Below are positions 29,057 through 38,409 of a stretch of DNA of 64,000 nt, in pieces (position 1 is the stretch's first letter; the number at the start of each line of letters is the position of its first letter). Under the pieces are notes generated by a model. The model searched no databases, had not been told where the DNA came from, and saw only the letters and a list, made by a program, of their open reading frames with translations. The DNA is taken from positions 124,001 to 188,000 of the IMG/VR virus record IMGVR_UViG_3300041411_000080. The stretch is one strand, 5' to 3'. Made by a program: the position numbers and the translations under genes.

Positions 29057-29925
29057 TGCTAATGACTAGAGACTACTTGAAAGCCGACCCTTGGGACGCT
29101 CTCATTGCGCGTATAAACGACCTCTACCAAATCGAGCTGCAACCTTACACCACTAAGCTGATCGAGCTTCAGTCGCAGGGTGGGACACGTACCCGTGTGG
29201 TTATCGGTCCTAACCAAAGTGCCTCTGAGACAAACACTGCTCCTGCTGTAGAACGTACGGAATATTTCTACGATCGCTTGGATCTGGCAAGTTTCTTTAA
29301 AGGTGGAGTTAAACAAGTAGGTGGCTTTCAGCTGCCTACTGATACCTTCAAGATCTTGGATGCGATTAGTGAATTGAATGACATCACCTTCACACTGAAT
29401 GATTTCATGCATGTTCAGTATGATGCTTACGGTCAGACTTACACGCTCACGGCCAACCCTAAGTCAATGCGTTTTGTAGGTTCGGTTCAGTTCCAATTGG
29501 TTAACACCACCAAGCGACTATTGTCTGATCAAGGTAGCGTACGTGAGTTCCCTGATGCTAACCCATTTCCTTTGGGTGCTTCAGGAGATAAGCTAATCGC
29601 TCAGTACATGACATCAGGTTTTGACTTTACCGATGAACGTGAATTCTTGAAGACGCTAGATAAAGATTCTATTTGGCCTACCGGTAAGAAGCTTGCAGCA
29701 ATTCTACAGGACGTCACCAAACGTCCGTGGGTGTGCTCTGACACAGAAGTCGAGTGGAACATAGCCTACGAGGCTAAGAACGGTGAGGGGCGCTTAGAGG
29801 TGATCTACAACGGCATTGTATTGCCAAGGTTCTCTCCACGTAAAGATATCCGTCGGGTATTGGTATTGCGTACCAGTGAACTGAGTACTAACGTCGATGG
29901 CTATCTGCTGTTGCACTATAACTGA
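29056..29925 (+). CDS. Virion structural protein (gp127-like)
   Basis: 289 aa; YDRLDL motif; translationally coupled. Confidence 0.65.
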   Translation: MLMTRDYLKADPWDALIARINDLYQIELQPYTTKLIELQSQGGTRTRVVIGPNQSASETNTAPAVERTEYFYDRLDLASFFKGGVKQVGGFQLPTDTFKILDAISELNDITFTLNDFMHVQYDAYGQTYTLTANPKSMRFVGSVQFQLVNTTKRLLSDQGSVREFPDANPFPLGASGDKLIAQYMTSGFDFTDEREFLKTLDKDSIWPTGKKLAAILQDVTKRPWVCSDTEVEWNIAYEAKNGEGRLEVIYNGIVLPRFSPRKDIRRVLVLRTSELSTNVDGYLLLHYN

Positions 29926-29932
29926 GGTCATC

Positions 29933-30367
29933 ATGATTACAACTAACGTTAAGCAATCTCTGTTGAATCAATTCAACCTAGCAAACCGTATCAGTCCACC
30001 TATTCAGATGACTGATGTAAACTTTCTGACACCGGAGATCTGGTTGCAAGGTTTGTGTAACTCACGTGTGGTTATTCAAGCTGCTGCTACGAGTAATGAG
30101 TTTGCTGGCCAAGAGACTCTTTACTTTATCCGTCGTCGGATTGAAGAAGATCTGGTAGATGTAAAGGTTCCGGGTAAACCTTCCGACTATCGTCGTTATT
30201 ACGATGTGTTGAAAGTCCTACGGGAAAAGCTTGGTCTACCGTTACAGGAATCTGAATACCTGGATAAAGCCTTCTCGGCTAACGTGTTCCAGATTGATGT
30301 AACAACTGTGAGTATGGCTTACCTTCCGGGTGGGTCGATCACATTACAATTCGAAGAATCGAATTAA
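29933..30367 (+). CDS. Virion structural protein (gp126-like)
   Basis: GAGG RBS; layout similar to the N-terminal half of the preceding gene. Confidence 0.6.
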   Translation: MITTNVKQSLLNQFNLANRISPPIQMTDVNFLTPEIWLQGLCNSRVVIQAAATSNEFAGQETLYFIRRRIEEDLVDVKVPGKPSDYRRYYDVLKVLREKLGLPLQESEYLDKAFSANVFQIDVTTVSMAYLPGGSITLQFEESN

Positions 30368-30381
30368 CACAAAAAAAATAA

Positions 30382-30415
30382 CATATTGCCAGCCCCCGAA
30401 GGAGCTGGCTTTATG
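30382..30415. terminator. Bidirectional hairpin terminator
   Basis: CATATT-GCCAGC-ccccgaagga-GCTGGC-TTTATG. Confidence 0.75.
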
Positions 30416-30418
30416 TCG

Positions 30419-30769
30419 TCATTCAGTGTGCGCCATCTTTACATCACGGATGTAGGTGTTGAAGCTATTCTTCAAACCCCAACCATAAGACCAGCGCTTG
30501 TTGATGCCGCAGTTGCGACGACTTACCTTCGCTCGGAAATGGTCATGCCATTCTTTGAACGTCAGTTCATCACGCATTGCTTTCTGCATGATACTCCAGC
30601 CACCTTCGTAATGCTGAAGGTCATTCAGAATGTCAGTGGCCTTCTTGAGGATACGCTTGTTACCGTAAGCATTGCGATCCCGGTTGTTACGCAGTACCTG
30701 ACCGTAGTAAGAGGACGGTGTATTAAACCGCCCCAGCTTTGGATTGAACTGGTAGATACGTTTCGTCAT
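30419..30769 (-). CDS. Basic hypothetical protein
   Basis: 116-aa R/K-rich ORF; TAATG coupling. Confidence 0.6.
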   Translation of the reverse strand: MTKRIYQFNPKLGRFNTPSSYYGQVLRNNRDRNAYGNKRILKKATDILNDLQHYEGGWSIMQKAMRDELTFKEWHDHFRAKVSRRNCGINKRWSYGWGLKNSFNTYIRDVKMAHTE

Positions 30770-31452
30770 TACAGGTACACCTTGAAGTCATTCGTTTTGA
30801 ACAGAGGACGATTTTGTGTCTCGTCCCAAGTCAGGCTTGCTTTGTTATGGTGCAATACATCCACCACCGGTGCGAACATGTCGGTCTTACTACGAGCGCT
30901 GGAACTCAGCAGCTGATAGAGGGCCTTGTGTTCACGTTGGAACCACTCGGTAGCGTTGCGTTCTGGATCAGTGCTAGGACCACGAGACAACAGATCCTGC
31001 AAGCACATATTGTGCCCTACGACACCGAGGCGGCGAAGCATATCGAGGTCTGCACGCAGAGCGATAAGGTTGTAGTAGACCGCCAGTGAAGGAGAGCTAC
31101 CACCACGGACTTGCTCCAGGCTAAGGCTAGCCAGTTGCGCAGAGTAGTCCACGATTTGCGTGTTTGGTCGAAAGGTACGGGGCTTCTCCCAGTATTGTGG
31201 ATCAACGCCGTAAACGTATGGATTGGCTTCATGGTAGGCTCCATCTGCCCAACGCCACAAAGACATGTCAGCGGTTACGTGGTATTTGATATCGGCTTCC
31301 CCATCCACAGGGAGGTCGGTCAAATCCTTTACGTACACTTCTTCTGGCGAAATCGATTCTTCTACTTCACGGGTCCAATCTGATTCACGACCGAGGAAGG
31401 CCAACAGAGTAGACAGGGGTGCGGAAAGACGAGCTGGCATGCTAAGGTTCAT
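30769..31452 (-). CDS. Hypothetical protein
   Basis: 227 aa; AAGGA RBS. Confidence 0.65.
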   Translation of the reverse strand: MNLSMPARLSAPLSTLLAFLGRESDWTREVEESISPEEVYVKDLTDLPVDGEADIKYHVTADMSLWRWADGAYHEANPYVYGVDPQYWEKPRTFRPNTQIVDYSAQLASLSLEQVRGGSSPSLAVYYNLIALRADLDMLRRLGVVGHNMCLQDLLSRGPSTDPERNATEWFQREHKALYQLLSSSARSKTDMFAPVVDVLHHNKASLTWDETQNRPLFKTNDFKVYL

Positions 31453-31464
31453 TGGTAAATTCCT

Positions 31465-31935
31465 TTAGATAAGTGTGGTGTTATAACGACCGCGTTGGAC
31501 AGGAGTGTAATCAAGGTTATGGATGTTAGTCACGATAGGTTCACCGGACTCTTCATCTTCACCCATGGTTACACGGAAGGTTACGAACTGATCTTCTAAC
31601 GGATTCGAATCAACAGATAGCTTGAATGCAGTACCCAAGCGACCCCATGGACGAATCTTGATTTGCAGGTAGCGATTAGCAAAAGGCATTGCCTCGTACA
31701 ACATGAGGCAAGCCCGAGTTTCATCAACCTGGTTGAGTCGATGGAACGTAGCGAGTTCATTACCGACCAATGCCGAAGCATCAGGTGCATTGAATTCACC
31801 AATCGACTGACCCCGGATCAATCTACGACGAAAGCTACTGTGCTCCATTGCGTCTTCAAAGCCCGCAGGAGTATCTTCAAAGTCGATGGTGATATAGAGC
31901 GTACCATCGGCTAGCCGTTGAATGGGGAGACGCAT
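31465..31935 (-). CDS. Prohead-protease-like protein lacking the catalytic His/Ser
   Basis: GQSIGEFNAP, RLNQVDETRAC, IRPWGRLG, VTFR and IHNLDY align by eye with T4 gp21/phiKZ gp175 protease motifs. Confidence 0.5.
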   Translation of the reverse strand: MRLPIQRLADGTLYITIDFEDTPAGFEDAMEHSSFRRRLIRGQSIGEFNAPDASALVGNELATFHRLNQVDETRACLMLYEAMPFANRYLQIKIRPWGRLGTAFKLSVDSNPLEDQFVTFRVTMGEDEESGEPIVTNIHNLDYTPVQRGRYNTTLI

Positions 31936-31936
31936 C

Positions 31937-32392
31937 TTAGATCCTTACAGACTTGTAGGGGTGCTCACTTTCGAGACGCATCTGCAAACACTTGAACGCG
32001 TCTACAACGTGAGGGTAGTATTGAGAACACATCGAAGAGAAGTGTTCTTCGAGATCTTCGCTTTCACGGAAGTATTCCATGTAGCTTACACCGTATTGCG
32101 GTTTGCAATCTTCACCTTCGATGGTCTTCACACGCAGGAAGTCAGGAGCACGACCTGGAGCGACGATATCGAGTTCTTTGGTGATTAGTGCTTTCAAGCG
32201 ATCGACTGCGCGCATCTCACCAAGGTGCAGGCCGAAGGTAGTGGCCAGGCATGGGTTGATTGCTCCCGAAGGAACTGACTTCAACCACAGTACCAGATTA
32301 CGTGCTTCGGCTTCACGTGGATCAACACGTTTGATTTCGACCGATACGATCGGGGAACGGGAGCAACGACGATTCGATTTAGCAGTAGACAT
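31937..32392 (-). CDS. Hypothetical protein (first gene after an early promoter)
   Basis: 151 aa; GAGGA RBS. Confidence 0.65.
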   Translation of the reverse strand: MSTAKSNRRCSRSPIVSVEIKRVDPREAEARNLVLWLKSVPSGAINPCLATTFGLHLGEMRAVDRLKALITKELDIVAPGRAPDFLRVKTIEGEDCKPQYGVSYMEYFRESEDLEEHFSSMCSQYYPHVVDAFKCLQMRLESEHPYKSVRI

Positions 32393-32424
32393 GGTAAGTT
32401 CCTCTAGATAAGTTGGGTACTACA

Positions 32425-32458
32425 TCACGTTTGTAATATAGCCTTTAAAGGGTTTCTA
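32425..32458 (-). promoter_or_regulatory. phiKZ-type early promoter
   Basis: Minus strand TAGAA-N13-TATATTAC-N4-GTGA. Confidence 0.8.
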
Positions 32459-32917
32459 TTAAGCCCCGTTGAAAGCGTATTCCAATTTACCACGACGATA
32501 CCGACCTTTGTCAACATCAGATAGCTCAAACCCATAGCGTTTAATGAACGGACGACTATAGAGGTGGAACATTTCTTCAGAGACTGTAACACCCGGCTTA
32601 CGCGATTCGATCAGTTCAAGCATCTTGTCGATCAGACGTATACCCAAACCACCATGCTGATGATCTGGATGCACTCTTACACAACGTAACTTAGATTCAT
32701 CCGCTTCCATCTTACCTAAAGCGATACCAGCAATTCGATCGTTGTCCCGAGCAATCAACAATTTATCTTTACCGGTAATCAAACCGGGAACGACTTTGTT
32801 GACATACCAGTATTCGATGTCAGGGTAGTATTGATTCAGAGATTGGATGAAAGGTAAGACCGAGAAGGCTTCGACAAATGACGTGGTCGATTCAAGCTTT
32901 AGCATATCTGTAACCAT
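32459..32917 (-). CDS. GNAT-family N-acetyltransferase
   Basis: LRCVRVHPDHQHGGLGIRLI acetyl-CoA motif A; FIKRYGF motif B. Confidence 0.8.
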   Translation of the reverse strand: MVTDMLKLESTTSFVEAFSVLPFIQSLNQYYPDIEYWYVNKVVPGLITGKDKLLIARDNDRIAGIALGKMEADESKLRCVRVHPDHQHGGLGIRLIDKMLELIESRKPGVTVSEEMFHLYSRPFIKRYGFELSDVDKGRYRRGKLEYAFNGA

Positions 32918-32921
32918 CCGG

Positions 32922-32954
32922 TATAAAGCCCTACCCGAAGGTAGGGCGTTTATG
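32922..32954. terminator. Hairpin terminator
   Basis: TATAAA-GCCCTACC-cgaa-GGTAGGGC-GTTTATG. Confidence 0.75.
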
Positions 32955-32957
32955 TTG

Positions 32958-35063
32958 TTACTTGACCATCTTCAACAGAGTCGCCTTAGCAATCAGACGA
33001 CCTTTGATCACTTCCAGATACACGCCATCGGCAGTAATCACACGCATGGTACCAGCTACGAACTCTTCGTTGTTAACCGAACGAGTGATCATACCACGCA
33101 GGGATTCCAGCAGAGTTGGGTGAGCCGATGCAGAGATCAGCACAGCTTTACCGGAACGGATGTTCTGAGTAGACAGTTCATCCAGAGTCCAGCCCAGTTG
33201 GAAGTTGATGTAGTTATCGGCGATGTGATAAACAGGCTTAGCATCTGGATCAGTGCTTTCCACAGTTTCCATCAGGTACATAGCTTTGTTCAGTACGTTG
33301 AGATACGCACCACGCAGAACCTTAACCATGTTCTCGCCTTTCTTACGGGCCAGATAGTCTTCCAGTTCCAGATAGTCTTCACAGAAGTCAGTGATGTCAA
33401 CAGTCAGGGTCATGGCATCAGTCAGTACATCGTTGACAGCCTTAGTCAGACGGTCATTGATGAAACGATAGTAACGTACTGGCAGGATCTCTTGAGTAAC
33501 CAGTTCACGCAGCATCAGAGCTACTTGAGACAGTTCTTCTTGATCACCGATCAGACTCAGTTTATCGAAGCACTCTTTCGAGATGTTCATCGGATGTAGG
33601 AAGGTCGAACGATACTCAGCAGCAGGCATTGGAATGTCTTTGCTGAAGTCTACTTCCAACAGGTTCTGGAGTTCTTCACGGACAGTCATCTCAACTTCGA
33701 GATCAGTCGAGCCAGTGAAGGTGGTTGCCAGAATGACTGGTGGAGTAGCAGAACGTTTCAGGTGACCATCTTGTACCATCAACGCTACATCTGCTTCAGG
33801 TGCAGCATCACCACCGATGGTGGAGATTGGGGTGTCCGAGGCAACTACTTCACCATTCGGACGATACGCTTTACGACGCAGTTCTGCATCGAGTTCGTGG
33901 TCGAGGTATTTCATGTTTTGGGTCCATTCTACAAATTTCTCACGCACTGTACCGTCAGGGAACCGGACGTAGAACAGGCAGAAGCGACTTGGGTCAGCGG
34001 TTTGCTGCCAAGGCATATCATCACCGATGGTCACTTCCCAATCCACCGTTTGCGCTGGACGGGTCTCTACACCACCTGGGCTATAGATAACATCGAACGG
34101 ACGATTGATATCCAGCTTGAAGCCTGCCGGTGCATAGTAGGTTGGGTCCATGACAACTTCATCAACCGAACGTGGTGCTGGCAGATCGGTTTCTTCGATT
34201 ACTGGAGCTTGCTGTTGTTGAGTGAAGGATTGCATTGGTTTTTGTTCCTGTTGGATTGGGTTACCGAAGTAATCAGTGTTGTCGCTACTGATCTCTTCTA
34301 CTGGACGCAGTGGTTGCGTTGGAGCAGGCTCATCGTAAAAGCTATTACCGATGCTATCGCTACCACCAACCTGAGGCTGGTGATAAGACGATGGGTGAGC
34401 CATAGCAGGACCGTTACCAGACGTCTGGAAGTTATTGATCCCACCACCATAACTGTTGTTGTTATAGGTTTGCTGCGGTTGACTGAAGCTGATAGGTGGC
34501 AGTTGATTACCACCCGGAGTACCATACGCAGTCTGATGTTGGAACGTTGGCTGTTGCTGACCACCCTGACGGAAGTTGTTAATATCATTAACAACCTGTT
34601 GGTAGATCTGGAGTGCTGTTTGCAGACCAGGCCAGTACTTGCTATCCGTTACTTGTTGCAGCTGGGGGTAGGTGTTAAAGGTCATACCCAGGAATGCTTC
34701 GTACACTCGCTGAGCAGCCATTTTCTGAGCAGCGTCTGGTTGATAGTTCTTACCACGGATCAGAATCTCAGTCAGCTCTACGACCATCTGGCACCATTGT
34801 GGCCACAGCTGGTTCTGGAAGTGATTCTGAGAGAGCAAGTTATACGCGGCAACGTGAGTAGCGGAGTTGCCGATAGCACTCTGTGCAACCGACCGAAACA
34901 GACCGATGGCAAACAACCCGATCTGTTGGTTCTGATTCATCCACGGTGTCAGCTGGATTTGTGGAACACGATCATTACCCTGTGGCAGGTTAGGATTCTG
35001 GGTTGATGGATCAATGCCGTTGTAAGGAACTGGCAATTGGGCGGACTGGTTTTGCTGAAACAT
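32958..35063 (-). CDS. Conserved hypothetical protein (gp124-like) with a Q/P/N-rich linker
   Basis: 701 aa; AGGA RBS; follows the RNAP subunit. Confidence 0.7.
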   Translation of the reverse strand: MFQQNQSAQLPVPYNGIDPSTQNPNLPQGNDRVPQIQLTPWMNQNQQIGLFAIGLFRSVAQSAIGNSATHVAAYNLLSQNHFQNQLWPQWCQMVVELTEILIRGKNYQPDAAQKMAAQRVYEAFLGMTFNTYPQLQQVTDSKYWPGLQTALQIYQQVVNDINNFRQGGQQQPTFQHQTAYGTPGGNQLPPISFSQPQQTYNNNSYGGGINNFQTSGNGPAMAHPSSYHQPQVGGSDSIGNSFYDEPAPTQPLRPVEEISSDNTDYFGNPIQQEQKPMQSFTQQQQAPVIEETDLPAPRSVDEVVMDPTYYAPAGFKLDINRPFDVIYSPGGVETRPAQTVDWEVTIGDDMPWQQTADPSRFCLFYVRFPDGTVREKFVEWTQNMKYLDHELDAELRRKAYRPNGEVVASDTPISTIGGDAAPEADVALMVQDGHLKRSATPPVILATTFTGSTDLEVEMTVREELQNLLEVDFSKDIPMPAAEYRSTFLHPMNISKECFDKLSLIGDQEELSQVALMLRELVTQEILPVRYYRFINDRLTKAVNDVLTDAMTLTVDITDFCEDYLELEDYLARKKGENMVKVLRGAYLNVLNKAMYLMETVESTDPDAKPVYHIADNYINFQLGWTLDELSTQNIRSGKAVLISASAHPTLLESLRGMITRSVNNEEFVAGTMRVITADGVYLEVIKGRLIAKATLLKMVK

Positions 35064-35078
35064 GGTGATTCCTATTAA

Positions 35079-36701
35079 TTAACGATTGAAACGTTCTTGT
35101 ACACTATCCAAGAATTCTCGGTCATGATCATTACGCTTAATCAACCCGTCATGCGATACCCCCGCATACAAGTTGAGTCGGCCACGCCCATCCGGGTTAT
35201 TCTTGGGTTGGTTTTTATACTGACCGACATCCGCAAGGGATACGTGAATCAGTCGACTGGAGTCACCGATCAAGGATTTGTTATGCCCACCTTTAGTACG
35301 GGCACGATCCTGTGGTACCACCATCGAGGTTAACTTAATTGCTTTGTTGTCACCTGGATAACTGATAGTGTCGAACTCACCGTGTTCACTAGTAAGCTTA
35401 CGCATGCAGGTATTCAGTTTAAACGACCGCTTCATGGCATCGTTAATTTCTTGAGCGGTCCACTCTTTGTTTAGACGTGACTGGAACGAATAGCCGAACA
35501 TGGTAATGGCGTAGTTCAGGTCAGCGAATACATAACGCAGTACAGACAGACTCTTGTTCCACAGGCTGGTTTCATCCAGATCGGTGTCATACAAGTGGTG
35601 AGCCATGTCAGTCATGATCTTGTACATCAGTTCCCAGATTGTTGAGACTTTAATCCCAACGCTACCAAGTTCCTTAATTGTCATCTCATCGAGAGAACTA
35701 TTGAAGGACTTCAAGTGGGAATCGATGTTCTCCGCCAATTTGCCTTGGTGCTCAAAGTCACCGAAGATCATCAGGCCAAGAATGATCCTCCACAACTCCT
35801 TAGAGTCGAGGTAGTGGGGTTCTACGAAACGGCTAGGGAAAGCATCGACTACATACCAGAACCCCGCTATCAAGCGTTGTACGAAGTCTGAGTCGGATTC
35901 AATCGGTACGGCAATAGCCATATCTCCGGTAGGGTGTCGACCAACCAAGAAAGCTGATTGATAAACGTGCCACTTATCTCGAGGATAGTCAGTTGGGTTG
36001 AAGTCTTTGAAGTACCCAATCTGTACATCGGCGTTAGCCCAGCGTTTGAATGTTTCCTTCACTCCGAACTCACAGAAGAAGTATTGTGCCAGGCACGATT
36101 CAATCTGTGGACGGTTATCAAGGTCACGCTTAGTACGCTTAGACATCTCGTTATGGATCTGCGACCAGATCACGTACATGATCTCACGCTCACCATTACA
36201 AACGTAGTGATGATCAATCTGCTTGAACGTAAGCTTAGCCCGTTGGAATGGAATGAACAAGCTGTTGTTCAGTACAGAATAACCTACGTCAGTCATTACT
36301 GGTGTGATGCTGTAACGTGCGCCGTTCAGGTTAGTGGTAGCACCCTGTTCAGCAAACGGTACCAAGATGTAACGATCAAACAACGGCTCGCCTTTGAAAG
36401 AACTCTTCAATGCGATCATACGGGTGTTGGTCTTAGCGATGTTTGCATTACGCTTCGAACCGTACTCTCGTGTAATCTCGTCGAACATCTTTTCAGGACG
36501 ACACACTACACTACCTTCATACTTGAACCCTTCTGGGAACATCATGGCGTTGATAGCCCACAGTTGGTCAATGTGTGCACGCCGATTACATACCCCCGCA
36601 GAGTTAACACCCATGAGGTGTTCTAAGGCAATACCATTAGCAATCGTTTTATTGAAAGCTGGTGTACGTTCCAACATTTTGCCTTTGAGGAATTTATCCA
36701 T
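35079..36701 (-). CDS. Non-virion RNA polymerase beta subunit, N-terminal part (phiKZ gp123-like)
   Basis: 540 aa; YILVPF...LNGARY and IHVS...NPDGRGRLNLY resemble beta regions; synteny near the capsid gene. Confidence 0.75.
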   Translation of the reverse strand: MDKFLKGKMLERTPAFNKTIANGIALEHLMGVNSAGVCNRRAHIDQLWAINAMMFPEGFKYEGSVVCRPEKMFDEITREYGSKRNANIAKTNTRMIALKSSFKGEPLFDRYILVPFAEQGATTNLNGARYSITPVMTDVGYSVLNNSLFIPFQRAKLTFKQIDHHYVCNGEREIMYVIWSQIHNEMSKRTKRDLDNRPQIESCLAQYFFCEFGVKETFKRWANADVQIGYFKDFNPTDYPRDKWHVYQSAFLVGRHPTGDMAIAVPIESDSDFVQRLIAGFWYVVDAFPSRFVEPHYLDSKELWRIILGLMIFGDFEHQGKLAENIDSHLKSFNSSLDEMTIKELGSVGIKVSTIWELMYKIMTDMAHHLYDTDLDETSLWNKSLSVLRYVFADLNYAITMFGYSFQSRLNKEWTAQEINDAMKRSFKLNTCMRKLTSEHGEFDTISYPGDNKAIKLTSMVVPQDRARTKGGHNKSLIGDSSRLIHVSLADVGQYKNQPKNNPDGRGRLNLYAGVSHDGLIKRNDHDREFLDSVQERFNR

Positions 36702-36713
36702 ACTGCCATTTAC

Positions 36714-37754
36714 CTAGCTAACAAGTTTCTCTATGTTGCTCTTCAGTTTCACTGCATGTTCGAGAGTAGTTATAATCTCTTTCAAGCTGTGTCCAAAGAA
36801 ACAACGAATGTCTACCAACTCTTTCGGTCCACCTTGAGCTTGCGGTGGTATTAGATTTTGATTTAGGAACTCTTGCATACGCTTAAACATTTTGTCGACA
36901 TCAGCTTTAGGTAACGACTTGGTCTCACGATCAAAGTTGTTATTAAAGTTATCTAGTCCGCGAAAGCACAGTCGCTTGCGGAAGTCGGCAATTGGAATAT
37001 GTTCCACCTCAGACGTTCTCGTATCTCCGGGAGACCTACGACCGCCAATAGAGATTAGATGTACACCCTCGGGTAGCTCTTGGGTGCAAATCGGATCTAA
37101 CACAACTAGGCCTGTTGTTGAAACCATAAACAACGTCTCACGATCGGTTGGATCATGAACAACGTAAGCAGCCATACATGTCGCTGCTTGAGACACCCCC
37201 TCATCATCGTTAAAGTCTGCTATGCCTATTTGTGCCTGTCTTCGGTATGGAACCGCTACGTCCAGATGACGCGTCGCTACCAACTGAACATCAGCTGGTT
37301 TGATATATATTCCGTTTGGCCGATAATCTAAATCGCTGATATCGACGATGTAATAGAACTCCACCATACATGGAGCGTACGATCCATTATTAACCTCTCG
37401 GTCGAATCGTTCCTTTACTCTCTGAATGAAAGCTAGGTCTTGCTCTGGTAAGTTCTTGCTTACGTTTGCCCAGGGAATCGTAGCGCCCCCTGAAATCTCG
37501 TATCGCACTATTACGGTAGCTTCTTGTTTGAAGCTCTGATTGTCTTGTGGAATGTTGACCACCATCCCATCAGAATACATTACTGACAAAGGAATCGGAG
37601 ACGTGTTCAATACATCAACCGAACGCGGACCCCTTGGACGTGAGTTAACATTATAAATGTCTCTCGTGTCATAATGACTACCAGCATACTGCGGAGGTTC
37701 TAGGGAGGGGTTACAGTCAATCACCTTAGGTCTTTTAATACCAAGATTGTCCAT
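36714..37754 (-). CDS. Hypothetical protein (gp122-like)
   Basis: About 346-aa ORF inside an operon. Confidence 0.65.
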   Translation of the reverse strand: MDNLGIKRPKVIDCNPSLEPPQYAGSHYDTRDIYNVNSRPRGPRSVDVLNTSPIPLSVMYSDGMVVNIPQDNQSFKQEATVIVRYEISGGATIPWANVSKNLPEQDLAFIQRVKERFDREVNNGSYAPCMVEFYYIVDISDLDYRPNGIYIKPADVQLVATRHLDVAVPYRRQAQIGIADFNDDEGVSQAATCMAAYVVHDPTDRETLFMVSTTGLVVLDPICTQELPEGVHLISIGGRRSPGDTRTSEVEHIPIADFRKRLCFRGLDNFNNNFDRETKSLPKADVDKMFKRMQEFLNQNLIPPQAQGGPKELVDIRCFFGHSLKEIITTLEHAVKLKSNIEKLVS

Positions 37755-38196
37755 CAACTACTACCTTATCTAACTGGACATTTACTTTACGTCCAGCCCC
37801 TAGTTTCTTCAACGCCTTATTTCTAAGACGTTTAACTTCCCTGGCGGTCTTTTTCGTTTGATCACCACCTGCACCCTCTCTCCCGAATCGTTCACTTTCC
37901 ACATTGCGGTTTCGTGAAGCTTTTGCTTCGCGGATTGGCCGTGTATCTTCTGCCACTTCTTGAACTCGTTGGGTTGGCCTAGCTGACCCCCGTTCAAATT
38001 TAGAAGAGGGCATAGACCCATCCTGAGTAGGACGGATAGTTTCTGGTTGAGGTTGAGTTGGTTTGCGATCTACACTATCAGTCGCCTGAGTATTTTCTTT
38101 TAAGAGTTCGACATCAATACGGATGTCACCATAGTTCATACCAGTCTCGGTATGTTGACGCTGGACAGCATTCCAATAACGAGAAAGGAAACTCAT
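37735..38196 (-). CDS. Basic, largely disordered hypothetical protein
   Basis: GAGGA RBS before ATG 38196. Confidence 0.6.
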   Translation of the reverse strand: MSFLSRYWNAVQRQHTETGMNYGDIRIDVELLKENTQATDSVDRKPTQPQPETIRPTQDGSMPSSKFERGSARPTQRVQEVAEDTRPIREAKASRNRNVESERFGREGAGGDQTKKTAREVKRLRNKALKKLGAGRKVNVQLDKVVVDGQSWY

Positions 38197-38231
38197 TTGG
38201 GTAAATCCTCTAGAGAACATTAATTGTAATT

Positions 38232-38265
38232 ACCCAAGCATGATATAAATCTGAAATAAATTCTG
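38232..38265 (-). promoter_or_regulatory. Degenerate early promoter
   Basis: CAGAA-N13-TATATCAT; same spacing as the four canonical copies. Confidence 0.5.
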
Positions 38266-38281
38266 TTAAGCTATAAGACGA

Positions 38282-38314
38282 CATAAAACCCCTACCCGAA
38301 GGTAGGGGCCTATG
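38282..38314 (-). terminator. Terminator of the capsid transcript
   Basis: CATAAAA-CCCCTACC-cgaa-GGTAGGGG-CCTATG. Confidence 0.8.
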
Positions 38315-38322
38315 ACTTGGTA

Positions 38323-38409
38323 TTACCGCTCGGGTCCACGGGCTATCCCGCTTTCTTCGTACCTTAGACTTAAACCGTCTTCAGTATAGCGGGAACTACC
38401 CTCTCCATT
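38323..38409 (-). CDS. Putative readthrough extension of the major capsid protein (NGEGSSRYTEDGLSLRYEESGIARGPER*)
   Basis: In frame with the capsid TGA, no internal start codon, carries the RYxExG repeat seen in the 11201-11755 protein, ends just before the terminator. Confidence 0.6.
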   Translation of the reverse strand, partial: NGEGSSRYTEDGLSLRYEESGIARGPER

